Part shown: positions 30,917 to 39,435 of the stretch, one piece after another
Layout: every line of letters starts with the position of its first letter
Position numbering within the stretch: the stretch's first letter is position 1
From: Sphingomonadales bacterium
GTDB taxonomy: Bacteria; Pseudomonadota; Alphaproteobacteria; Sphingomonadales; Sphingomonadaceae
Reading direction: 5' to 3'
NCBI GenBank assembly: GCA_038211945.1
Contig: JBBQVA010000003.1
Span: 35,081-99,080, forward strand
Length of the DNA: 64,000 bases
Program-made: the position numbers and the translations under genes
The notes under the pieces: model-generated
What the model was told of the DNA's origin: nothing
Seen by the model: the letters and a program-made list of their open reading frames with translations, nothing else
Databases searched by the model: none

Positions 30917-31693
30917 TCAGATCGCCGTTGCGCCGCCGTCGATGACATAGGTCTGGCCGGTGGCAAAGGCGCCGGCCTTTGCGGCCAGCAGTACCGCCAT
31001 CCCGGCGATCTCGTCGGGGATGCCGATCCGGCGCAGTGGCGTGCCCGAGGTCGAGTATTCCAGCGTGTCAGGATTGTCCCACAGCGCTTTGGCGAAATCG
31101 GTTTTAATCAAGCCCGGAGCGATGCAATTGACGCGGATATTGTCCGGCCCGAACTCCGCCGCCAGATTGCGCGCCAACTGCATGTCGGCGGCCTTGGAGA
31201 TGCAATAGGCTCCAATAATCGCCGAGCCTTTCAACCCGCCGATCGACGAGATGATGGTAATGCTGCCGTGCTTGCGGGCCCGCATCGCCGGTGCCGCCAT
31301 CGCGATCAGCCAATGGTTGCTGACGATGTTGTTTTGCAGGATTTTGTTGAACTGATCGTCAGTGATGCCCTCCTGCGGGCCATAATAGGGGTTCGAAGCG
31401 GCGTTGCAGACCAGCGCATCGATCTGACCAAAACGCGCAACGCTGCGGTCGACAAGATTCTGGAGCGACGATTTGTCGGCGATGTTGCAGGGAATGGCGA
31501 CCGCCGCGTCGCGCCCGACGGCGGCGTTTATTTCAGCGACGGCGGCGTCACAGGCGTCGGCCTTGCGGCTGGACACCACGACATTGGCCCCGGATTCAGC
31601 CATACGATGTGCGATCGCCTTGCCGATTCCCCGCGAGGAGCCGGTAATCACGGCAGTTTGGCCGGTCAGGTCGAACAGCGCTGGTATGGTCAT
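30917..31693 (-). CDS. SDR oxidoreductase
   Basis: TGSSRGIG, YCISK, RVNCIAPG. Confidence 0.93.
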   Translation of the reverse strand: MTIPALFDLTGQTAVITGSSRGIGKAIAHRMAESGANVVVSSRKADACDAAVAEINAAVGRDAAVAIPCNIADKSSLQNLVDRSVARFGQIDALVCNAASNPYYGPQEGITDDQFNKILQNNIVSNHWLIAMAAPAMRARKHGSITIISSIGGLKGSAIIGAYCISKAADMQLARNLAAEFGPDNIRVNCIAPGLIKTDFAKALWDNPDTLEYSTSGTPLRRIGIPDEIAGMAVLLAAKAGAFATGQTYVIDGGATAI

Positions 31694-31777
31694 GTTTTCG
31701 GTCCCCAAGGTTTGCTTGGTCGGCGTTATGACGGCGGGAGGGGCCGGTGTCATCCCCACCTGCCCCGCAAATCATTC

Positions 31778-31806
31778 TTGATTCTATGAACCGTATAGGT
31801 TATAGT
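31778..31806 (+). promoter_or_regulatory. Sigma70-type promoter
   Basis: TTGATT-17 bp-TATAGT. Confidence 0.6.
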
Positions 31807-31875
31807 AGAGTATGAGCCAGATTCGGAATCTTTTTCTTTTCGCCTTTTCCGCGTCCACCCATCAAGGGTGAGACA

Positions 31876-31917
31876 GGATGCTACAGTATCCTCTCTTTCC
31901 TCTCCTTCGGTGCTTTT
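31876..31917 (+). repeat. 42-nt CU-rich motif, copy A
   Basis: 38/42 identical to 51281-51322. Confidence 0.85.
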
Positions 31918-31984
31918 CCGTCAGCTTTTCTCACGATTGAGTCGCACAGGTGACAAGTTCGCGTCGCGCCGCCATGGTTTGCCG

Positions 31985-33211
31985 ATGACCGAATCCATCC
32001 TTTCCCGGCCCGGCGTTCGCGCCACTGTCCTGTCGTGCCTGTTCTTCGCGGGGTTCGGCTGTCTGGTGCCGTTCCTGCCGCTGTGGCTGGAAAAAGTGCA
32101 CGGCTTTTCGGGGGCGGAGATTGGCGTCGTGCTGTCCATTGCGGGGTTCAGCCGCGCCGTCGCAGGGCCGCTGACGGCCGCCTGGGCCGATGGCCGCAGC
32201 GACCGCCGCGCGCCGCTGTTCATGCTGACCGGCGTACTGACCGCCGGGTTCGTGGCACTGCGTTTTGTCGATGGTTTCGTCGCGGTGTTTGCGTTGATCC
32301 TGCTGCTCGACATCGCCTATTGGGGGCTGCTGCCGGTCGTCGAGACGGCACTGCTGCGGCTGACCCGGACTGGTGCACCCAGCTATGGGCTGGCGCGCGG
32401 CCTGGCCAGCGCAGCGTTCGTCGCGGGGACGACGATTGTCGGCCTGCTCAACGATACGATGCGCAGTTACTGGCCGATCTGGGGCTTCATGCTGCTGATT
32501 TCGGCGCTGATGATCGCTGGCACCGGCTGGATGCCGCGCGAACCCGTCCTCGCCCGTGCCGAGCGGCAGGAGCCGTTCGGCGAGCGGTTGATGGCCGGGC
32601 TGGGGATGCTGCGCAATCCGACGTTTACACTGTTCATCTTTGCCGCCGGCCTGATCCAGGCGAGTGCGGCGTTCCTGTACACCTCAGGGTCGCTCGTTTG
32701 GAGCAATCAGCAGCATCTGTCGTCATCGACCATTGCCCTGTTATGGGACATCGGCGTGCTGGCGGAGGTTGGCTTTCTGATTGGGCTGTCGGGTTGGTCG
32801 TCGCGGTTCAAGCCTGAAACGCTGATTTTGGTCGGCGGCATCGGCGCGGTGGTGCGCTGGACTGCGCTGGCGGCGCTACCGCCGGTGTGGGTCCTGGTGC
32901 CGCTGCAACTGCTCCACGCGCTGAGCTTTGCCACGACCTTCCTTGGCGGGATGCGCTTCATTCAAACGATCCACGGCGACGACCGCGCTCCGACGGCGCA
33001 GATGATCTATATGGGTCTCGCCAACGCGCCGACCTATGCGGCTGCGGTGCTGATTTCCGGGCCGTTGTATGACCGCGTCGGTGCGCCGGGCTATCTGGCG
33101 ATGACCGGGGTCGCAGCGGCAGGGACGGTGCTCGCGGTGATGCTGTGGCTGCGGCGGGACCGCGCTGCGATCATCGGATCTTCGGCTTCGGCCAATGCTG
33201 CTGCGGTCTAA
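31985..33211 (+). CDS. MFS transporter (HcaT/LacY-like)
   Basis: About 12 TM segments, PFLPLWL, LQLLHALSF; start could extend to GTG at 31868. Confidence 0.9.
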   Translation: MTESILSRPGVRATVLSCLFFAGFGCLVPFLPLWLEKVHGFSGAEIGVVLSIAGFSRAVAGPLTAAWADGRSDRRAPLFMLTGVLTAGFVALRFVDGFVAVFALILLLDIAYWGLLPVVETALLRLTRTGAPSYGLARGLASAAFVAGTTIVGLLNDTMRSYWPIWGFMLLISALMIAGTGWMPREPVLARAERQEPFGERLMAGLGMLRNPTFTLFIFAAGLIQASAAFLYTSGSLVWSNQQHLSSSTIALLWDIGVLAEVGFLIGLSGWSSRFKPETLILVGGIGAVVRWTALAALPPVWVLVPLQLLHALSFATTFLGGMRFIQTIHGDDRAPTAQMIYMGLANAPTYAAAVLISGPLYDRVGAPGYLAMTGVAAAGTVLAVMLWLRRDRAAIIGSSASANAAAV

Positions 33212-33972
33212 ACCATAACCCCTTGCGCCTTGGCATCGGCGTAATCGGGCTGCGGGATGGCCGCCGCCGCCGCTCGTAGCGCGTTGGACCAGCGGTCGTT
33301 CAACTCACGATAATAGGGGTCTTCATTCTCGATCCGGTGCTGCAGGTCGATCTTCGACGCGCCGGTGCGGATGGTCGCTATGTCGATCGGCAGGCCCACC
33401 GCCAAGTTCGAGCGCATCGTCGAGCTGAACGAGATCAGCGACACCTTGATGGCCTCGGACAGCGGGGTCTCCCAGTTGATCATGCGGTCAAGGATCGGCT
33501 TGCCATACTTCAACTCACCGATCTGCAGGAAAGGGGTATCGGACTGGCATTCGATGAAGTTGCCGGTGCCATAGATCAGGAACAGTCGCGGCTTGCGCCC
33601 GCCGATGCTGCCACCGAACAACAACGTTGCCCCGGTCTGGACCTTGTTGTCCTGCACCGCCTCGTCCACCACAGCCTTGGCGTCGTGCAGCGCCGCGCCG
33701 ACCAGTTGCGCCGCGCGGAACATCGACGGCACGGTATTCAGGCTCTCGCGTTCGTCGTCTTCGGGCAGCAGCAGCGCCTCCATGACGCGGTTGACCGCCG
33801 CCTGGGTCACCGACAGCGAACCCGCCGATGCCACCATCATCGACCTGTCGCCGGTCGTTTCGAACACCCTGAGCTTGCGGTAGGTCGAGATATTGTCGAC
33901 CCCGGCGTTGGTACGCGTGTCGGCAACCATGACCAGCCCCTCGCGGACCAGAATTCCTACGCAATAGGTCAT
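33208..33972 (-). CDS. Anbu proteasome-type Ntn protease
   Basis: MTYCVG N-terminal Thr, DTRTNAGVDNIS, QIGELKYGKPILDR, STMRSNLAVG. Confidence 0.93.
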   Translation of the reverse strand: MTYCVGILVREGLVMVADTRTNAGVDNISTYRKLRVFETTGDRSMMVASAGSLSVTQAAVNRVMEALLLPEDDERESLNTVPSMFRAAQLVGAALHDAKAVVDEAVQDNKVQTGATLLFGGSIGGRKPRLFLIYGTGNFIECQSDTPFLQIGELKYGKPILDRMINWETPLSEAIKVSLISFSSTMRSNLAVGLPIDIATIRTGASKIDLQHRIENEDPYYRELNDRWSNALRAAAAAIPQPDYADAKAQGVMV

Positions 33973-34016
33973 CGCTATCGTCTCATCACTGTACTGGCTG
34001 GGTTCGGCATCGTCGA

Positions 34017-34841
34017 TCAAGCCTGAACCTGCATCTGCTGGTGGACGTCGCGCGTGGTAACGCTGACCACCATGGTCTCCGCTCCGCCACCGCGCCGGGC
34101 ACCGCGGATCGGTGCAGCGTCGAGATAGTCGAGCCCGACCGCAACCCGCAAATGCGCTTCGGTTGTCGAAACGCCGTTGGTGGGATCGAACCCGGTCCAG
34201 CCGAGATCAGGGATATAGGCTTCTGCCCAGGCGTGCCCGGCCGGCTGCGTGACCAGCCCGTCGGCGCGGACCAGATGCCCCGAGACATAGCGCGCCGGGA
34301 TGCGCAGCGACCGCGCGGCGGCGCAGAAGATATGGCTGTAATCCTGGCAGACGCCGCGTTGCAGCGCGAACGCGGCGGCGGCTCCTGTCGTGGAGTGGGT
34401 GGCATCGGCATCGAAGGTCATGCTTTCATACAGCGCCGACAGCATCGTGTGGCAGGTCGCCAGCGTGTCAGCGTCCGCACAGCGGCGGGCAAAATCCTTG
34501 ACCGCATCGTCGGCGACGCTGAGCGGGGTGGACCGCAAGAACGCCAGCGGCGGCAAAGGTTCCGGCGCGCCGCGAATAAGTCCGCCGACCTCATCGGTAT
34601 CGACCTCGCCCGCGACGTGCAGCGATAGTCGGCTCACCGGCCCGTCGGCGTAAAACATATGGGTGACATTGCCGAACACGTCGGTGCCGCGCCGCAGATG
34701 GCCGTCGGCGTCGGTATCGATCCGCCAGCCGACGACATGCTGGTCATCGGTGTTCCCCGGTTCGACGCGCAGCAGCTGGAGCACGTCGCTCGCCGCCGAC
34801 GCGTAATCGTAGATGGTGGTGTAATCGACCCTGATCCGCAT
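34017..34841 (-). CDS. Transglutaminase-like protein
   Basis: GVCQDYSH, PARYVSG, HAWAE, GFDPTN. Confidence 0.93.
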   Translation of the reverse strand: MRIRVDYTTIYDYASAASDVLQLLRVEPGNTDDQHVVGWRIDTDADGHLRRGTDVFGNVTHMFYADGPVSRLSLHVAGEVDTDEVGGLIRGAPEPLPPLAFLRSTPLSVADDAVKDFARRCADADTLATCHTMLSALYESMTFDADATHSTTGAAAAFALQRGVCQDYSHIFCAAARSLRIPARYVSGHLVRADGLVTQPAGHAWAEAYIPDLGWTGFDPTNGVSTTEAHLRVAVGLDYLDAAPIRGARRGGGAETMVVSVTTRDVHQQMQVQA

Positions 34842-34860
34842 CGTCCCCCCGAACGTTCGT

Positions 34861-35802
34861 TTAAAACAGATACTGATCGGCGATGGCGGCACCAAGTTTA
34901 TTGTTGTCGGCGATGAATTTGGTCAGGAACTGATGCAATCCCGACGAGAATATGCTGTCGATGTTGCCCTGGGTCAGCCGCTGGTGGCCTGCCGAAGCCA
35001 GCCGATGCGCCGGACCGCGCTTGCCGCTGACACTGGCGAGCAGGTCAAGATGGCGCAGGATTTCGTCGTAGCAGCTCGCCAGCGAACGCGGGATCTGGCG
35101 GTTGAGCATGAGCAGGTCGGCGACGAGCCAGGGCTTGACGCTGTCGCGGTAGACCCAGCGATAGGCGGTCATTGCCGAAACCGTGCGCAGGATCGTCGTC
35201 CATTGGAAATAGTCGAGCGAGCCGCCGACCGTTTCGCCGCGCGGCAGCAGCAGATGGTATTTCACGTCGAGCAGGCGGGCGGAATTGTCGGCGCGTTCGA
35301 TGGCGGCCCCCAGATTGATGAACCAGAAGGCGTCACCGCGCAGCATGGTCCGCTGCGCCGCGCCCTCGAACGCCGACACCGTCGACTTGACCAGTTCGAG
35401 CAACGGGCCAAGCTGTTCGCGGCTTTCGAGATGGCTGCCGTAGCGCGAGATTTCGAGCCAGGCCGAATTGATCGCCTCCCACGCCTCGACGGTCAGCGCC
35501 GTGCGGACGGCACGGGCGTTGTTGCGGGCGTTCTCCAGGCAGCAGCGCACCGACGAATGGTTGTTGGGGTCAAGCGTCAGGAATTCACCGACCGCATGTT
35601 CGTCAAGCGCCAGCCCGCGCTCCCGGTGCTTGCCGGTCATCCAGGTTGCGGCCAGCGCCGATTCCCACGCATTGGTCGCGCCGCCGTAGGACGAGGGCAG
35701 GGCGGCGAGGCGCGTCGTCGCTTCGATCAATCGCGCGGTGAAATCGGCGCGTTCGAGGTAGCGACCGACCCAGTAGAGGTTGGAGGCGGTGCGGCTTAGC
35801 AT
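34861..35802 (-). CDS. Alpha-E domain protein
   Basis: MLSRTASNLYWVGRYLERA, IERAD, RLLDVKY. Confidence 0.93.
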   Translation of the reverse strand: MLSRTASNLYWVGRYLERADFTARLIEATTRLAALPSSYGGATNAWESALAATWMTGKHRERGLALDEHAVGEFLTLDPNNHSSVRCCLENARNNARAVRTALTVEAWEAINSAWLEISRYGSHLESREQLGPLLELVKSTVSAFEGAAQRTMLRGDAFWFINLGAAIERADNSARLLDVKYHLLLPRGETVGGSLDYFQWTTILRTVSAMTAYRWVYRDSVKPWLVADLLMLNRQIPRSLASCYDEILRHLDLLASVSGKRGPAHRLASAGHQRLTQGNIDSIFSSGLHQFLTKFIADNNKLGAAIADQYLF

Positions 35803-35805
35803 CGT

Positions 35806-35957
35806 CCCTCTCCCCTTGTGGGAGAGGGCGAGAGACGCTGCCCTTGCAGCGGCCCGGGGAGAGGGGTTGTTCGACGCGTTTCGAAAAGGGCGGCACAGCC
35901 CCTCTCCCGGCTCGGCAAGAGCCGAGTCCGCGCCTCTCCCACAAGGGGAGAGGATAG
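35806..35957. repeat. RIME/CIR-like palindromic mosaic element, copy 1
   Basis: Termini CCCTCTCCCCTTGTGGGAGAGGG..CCTCTCCCACAAGGGGAGAGG; inverted near-copy at 48648-48780. Confidence 0.9.
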
Positions 35958-35958
35958 A

Positions 35959-37389
35959 TTAATCATCCACCACCCACGTATCCTTCGTCCCCCCGCCCTG
36001 CGAAGAATTCACCACCAGCGACCCCGGCGTCAGCGCCACCCGGGTCAGGCCGCCAGGAACGATCGTCGTGCCATTCGCCCCGGTCAGCACGAACGGCCGC
36101 AGGTCGACATGGCGCGGCGATACGCCGGTGTCGGTAGCGGTCGGGCAGGTCGACAGCGCCAGCGTCGGCTGCGCGATGAACTTTTCGGGATGCGCCTTCA
36201 GCTTGGCCGCGAACGCCGCCAGCGTCGCGGCGGGGGCGTGCGGGCCGACCAGCATTCCGTAACCACCCGATCCATCGACCTCCTTGACCACCAGTTCGGC
36301 AAGATGATCGAGGACGTAGCCCAGATGTTCCGGCTCGCGGCAGCGCCAGGTCGGCACGTTCTTCAGGATCGGCTCTTCGCCCGTATAGAAGCGCACGATG
36401 TCGGGCATGTAACTGTAGATCGCCTTGTCGTCGGCGACCCCGGTGCCGGGGGCATTGGCAATCGTGACATTGCCCGCCGCATAGGCTGCCATAAGCCCGG
36501 CAACGCCCAGCATTGAATCGGGGTTGAAGGTCAGCGGATCGATAAAGGCGTCGTCCAGACGGCGGTAGATAACGTCGACACGCTCCGGCCCCTCGGTCGT
36601 CCGCATGTAAACCACGTCGTCGTTGACGAAGAGGTCGCTGCCCTCGACGAGCTCGATCCCCAGCTTGTCGGCGAGGAAGCTGTGTTCATAGAAAGCGCTG
36701 TTGAACTGGCCCGGCGTCAGCAGCACGCAGGTCGACGAATTGCGGCGCGGGCTGACCGACCGCAATGTCTCCAGCAACGCTTCGGGGTAGGTTTCGACCG
36801 GCGCGACCTTTAACTGTTCGAACAGTTCGGGGACCAGCTTGAGCATCACCTCGCGGTTTTCGAGCATGTACGAAACGCCCGACGGGGTGCGGGCATTGTC
36901 TTCGAGCACATAAAACTCATCGGGCCCGGTGCGGACCAGATCGATCCCGGCGATATGTACCCAGATGCCGCCCGGCGGCTTCCTGCCCGCCATGTGCAGG
37001 CAATAGCCGGGATTGAGCAGCACCAGCTCCTCGGGGACAATCCCGGCGCGGAGGATATCGCGCGCACCATAGACGTCGCCCAGGAACATGTTGAGCGCCG
37101 CGACGCGCTGTTTCAGTCCCGCCTCCATCCTCTCCCATTCACTGCGCGCGAGGATACGCGGGACGATGTCGAACGGGATCAGGCGTTCGGACGCGTCGGG
37201 GTCACCATAGACCGCAAAGGTGATGCCGATGCGGCGGAAGAACAGCTCGGCCTGACGGCGACGGGCGTTCATCACCTCGGGTGGCGAGGCGTCGAGCCAG
37301 TGCTGGATGGCGGCATAGGCGGCGCGCGGTTCGGCGGCAGCGGGGGCGCTGTGGCCGTACATTTCATCGAACGCGGTGGCCGTCGGCAC
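35959..37389 (-). CDS. Circularly permuted type 2 ATP-grasp protein
   Basis: LEDNARTPSGVSY, VADDKAIY, GSGGYG, RHVDLRP, VVNSSQGGGTKDTWV. Confidence 0.94.
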   Translation of the reverse strand: MPTATAFDEMYGHSAPAAAEPRAAYAAIQHWLDASPPEVMNARRRQAELFFRRIGITFAVYGDPDASERLIPFDIVPRILARSEWERMEAGLKQRVAALNMFLGDVYGARDILRAGIVPEELVLLNPGYCLHMAGRKPPGGIWVHIAGIDLVRTGPDEFYVLEDNARTPSGVSYMLENREVMLKLVPELFEQLKVAPVETYPEALLETLRSVSPRRNSSTCVLLTPGQFNSAFYEHSFLADKLGIELVEGSDLFVNDDVVYMRTTEGPERVDVIYRRLDDAFIDPLTFNPDSMLGVAGLMAAYAAGNVTIANAPGTGVADDKAIYSYMPDIVRFYTGEEPILKNVPTWRCREPEHLGYVLDHLAELVVKEVDGSGGYGMLVGPHAPAATLAAFAAKLKAHPEKFIAQPTLALSTCPTATDTGVSPRHVDLRPFVLTGANGTTIVPGGLTRVALTPGSLVVNSSQGGGTKDTWVVDD

Positions 37390-37480
37390 GAATGCTCCCT
37401 GTCTGCAGGGGCGATTGTGTGCAGTGCGGCGAAAAGTGCAAGGAGATAGTTTGGGGGAGCGTTACCACTCCCCCTTGAGT

Positions 37481-38773
37481 TTACTGCGGCTTCTCATCTG
37501 GATTGCGGCGTTCCCTTTGCGGGGCACGCTCCTCACGCGGTGGTGGCGCGGGGCGTTCGGCCTGGGCCGGAGGCGGTGCCGGACGGGCAGCCTGCGGCGG
37601 CGGTACGAACGCCGGACGCTGCTGGACCTGCGGCACCTGGATGGTCGCACCGGGCTGACCGCCGCCCATGTTCGGCGACCGGTCTGGACGGCCTTGCCAA
37701 CCCGAATTGCCACCTTGCGGAGCCGGACGCTGATAGACCGGCTGTGTCTGATCGGCAGGGCGGCCGGGGCGAGAACCGGCATAGGGATTGCCAGGCTGGG
37801 GCGTCACGACTCCCGGTTGAGGCGCGACGGCAACGGTCTGCCGCCCGTTCCAGCCGGGCCGCTGACCATCCGGACGTGGACCATCCGGACGCTGGCCATC
37901 CGGACGCTGGCCATTCCAGTTCGGGCGGTTGCCGCCCTGCTGTTGACCGTTCCAGCCGGGCCGGTTGTTGTCGGGGCGCTGTTGATCGGGGCGCTGTTGA
38001 TCGGGGCGCTGCTGATCGGGGCGGCCGTTCCAACCGGGGCGGTTGCTGCCCCGTTGTTGGCCGTTCCAGCCCGGACGACCGTTCCCGCTCTGGCCGCCAC
38101 CGGGGCGACCGTGCCATTCGGGCCGCTGCTGCCAGCGGCTGCGATCCCAGATGCGAAAGCCGATCCGGTAATCGGCGATATGACCACCAAAGCGCGGCTG
38201 ATACAGGTAGTTGCGTGGCACCCATACCCAGCTTGGCTGGTACCAACTATCGTAGCGGTCGTAGCCATAGCCAAAGCCAAGACCGACGGAAACGCTCAGC
38301 CCCGGCGGCAGCGGCGCCCATCCCGAATAGTCATCGGCGTCGCGCCACGCGACCCAGGACGGAGCCCATTCGGTTCCAGGCAACCAAAGCCAGCCGGCAT
38401 TTGGATCGAACGCCCAGCGACCGTAGTGGTAGGTCGCCCAGCCAAAGGGCTCGTCGCTGATCCAATAACGGCCTTCGCCCCAACGCCCCAGCGTATAGGG
38501 ACGCCAGTCGCGACCGACGCGCGGTTGCCAGGCCCGCCCATAGCGGCTGTCGATCCAGCGACCATAAGGTGCGAGTTGATCGTAAAAGACTTCGGTGGAC
38601 GGTACATTGGCCTCGCCGAATGGCACGCCCTGGTCGTACGCTCCGGAAGGCGGATAGCTCTGATCATAAGGTGCGGACGGATAGCCAGGATCGTAACCCT
38701 GAGCCTCGCTGTCATAAGCGCAGCCGCTGGCTAGCAGCAGGGCAGTTACTGGCAGAAAGCGCAGGGCAGACAT
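37481..38773 (-). CDS. Lipoprotein with DUF6600-like Trp/Tyr-rich domain and repetitive Pro/Gln/Gly/Arg tail
   Basis: Lipobox LASGC; FYDQLAPYGRW, WRPY, PFGWATYHYGRW, WAPSWVAW; RPGWNG repeats. Confidence 0.82.
   Translation of the reverse strand: MSALRFLPVTALLLASGCAYDSEAQGYDPGYPSAPYDQSYPPSGAYDQGVPFGEANVPSTEVFYDQLAPYGRWIDSRYGRAWQPRVGRDWRPYTLGRWGEGRYWISDEPFGWATYHYGRWAFDPNAGWLWLPGTEWAPSWVAWRDADDYSGWAPLPPGLSVSVGLGFGYGYDRYDSWYQPSWVWVPRNYLYQPRFGGHIADYRIGFRIWDRSRWQQRPEWHGRPGGGQSGNGRPGWNGQQRGSNRPGWNGRPDQQRPDQQRPDQQRPDNNRPGWNGQQQGGNRPNWNGQRPDGQRPDGPRPDGQRPGWNGRQTVAVAPQPGVVTPQPGNPYAGSRPGRPADQTQPVYQRPAPQGGNSGWQGRPDRSPNMGGGQPGATIQVPQVQQRPAFVPPPQAARPAPPPAQAERPAPPPREERAPQRERRNPDEKPQ
37866..38022. repeat. 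Intragenic 15-bp tandem repeats (GQRPD and QQRPD units)
   Basis: CCATCCGGACGCTGG-like x3 and TCGGGGCGCTGTTGA-like x3. Confidence 0.85.
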
Positions 38774-38926
38774 GGCAACCTCCAAGGGCACACTCCGCCG
38801 ATAGCTGCATCGGACTGTCGCAGCGATGAATGTCCAAATGTTAATGCGGCCGCGTTTTCATCCTGCCAGACTTGTCCAGGCGGCCACGGACGTGCGAGAT
38901 GTTTCGCAACGACAATGGGGGGCACT

Positions 38927-39328
38927 ATGACGACCGAATTGAAACTGATGGCGTGGACGCTGGTGCTGGCGATCGTCCAGATCCTGGCCTTCGATATTGC
39001 GCGTACGGCCTTCTACGGCATCAAATGGAACACCGGCGCGCGCGATGCCGACATGCCGCCGCTGCCGCCCTATGCCGAACGGCTACGGCGCGCTCAGAAC
39101 AATCTGTACGAAACCCTGCCGCTGTTCATCGCCGCGGTTCTGGCGCTGAAGGCGCTGGGGATTTCGACGTCGCATACGGTGCTGGGCGCGCAGCTCTATT
39201 TCTGGGGCCGGGTGGCGTATGTGCCGCTCTATGCCTTCGGGGTGCCGCAGGTGCGGTCGTGGGTGTGGATTGTCAGCTTTGCCGGGCTGGTCATGCTGAT
39301 CTGGGCGCTTGTTCAAGCGGGATTGTAA
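38927..39328 (+). CDS. MAPEG family membrane protein
   Basis: RLRRAQNNLYETLPLF, GRVAYVPLYAFGVP. Confidence 0.9.
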   Translation: MTTELKLMAWTLVLAIVQILAFDIARTAFYGIKWNTGARDADMPPLPPYAERLRRAQNNLYETLPLFIAAVLALKALGISTSHTVLGAQLYFWGRVAYVPLYAFGVPQVRSWVWIVSFAGLVMLIWALVQAGL

Positions 39329-39343
39329 CTCCAGTGCAGTATC

Positions 39344-39415
39344 CCGCTCAGGCTGAGCCTGTCGAAGCCGGGTTCAGCGCCGGGCAACCGGCTTCGACAG
39401 GCTCAGCCTGAGCGG
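39344..39415. repeat. REP-like perfect inverted repeat (28-bp arms)
   Basis: CCGCTCAGGCTGAGCCTGTCGAAGCCGG..CCGGCTTCGACAGGCTCAGCCTGAGCGG. Confidence 0.9.
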
Positions 39416-39435
39416 CGAAAGGTAGCGGTCTTCCG

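Noticed and set aside
37860-38070. Short regular repeats as a possible CRISPR array
   Set aside because: They are 15-bp in-frame coding tandems without unique spacers, and there are no cas genes
37376-38734. 452-aa plus-strand ORF with hydrophobic repeats
   Set aside because: Antisense reading of the repetitive lipoprotein gene
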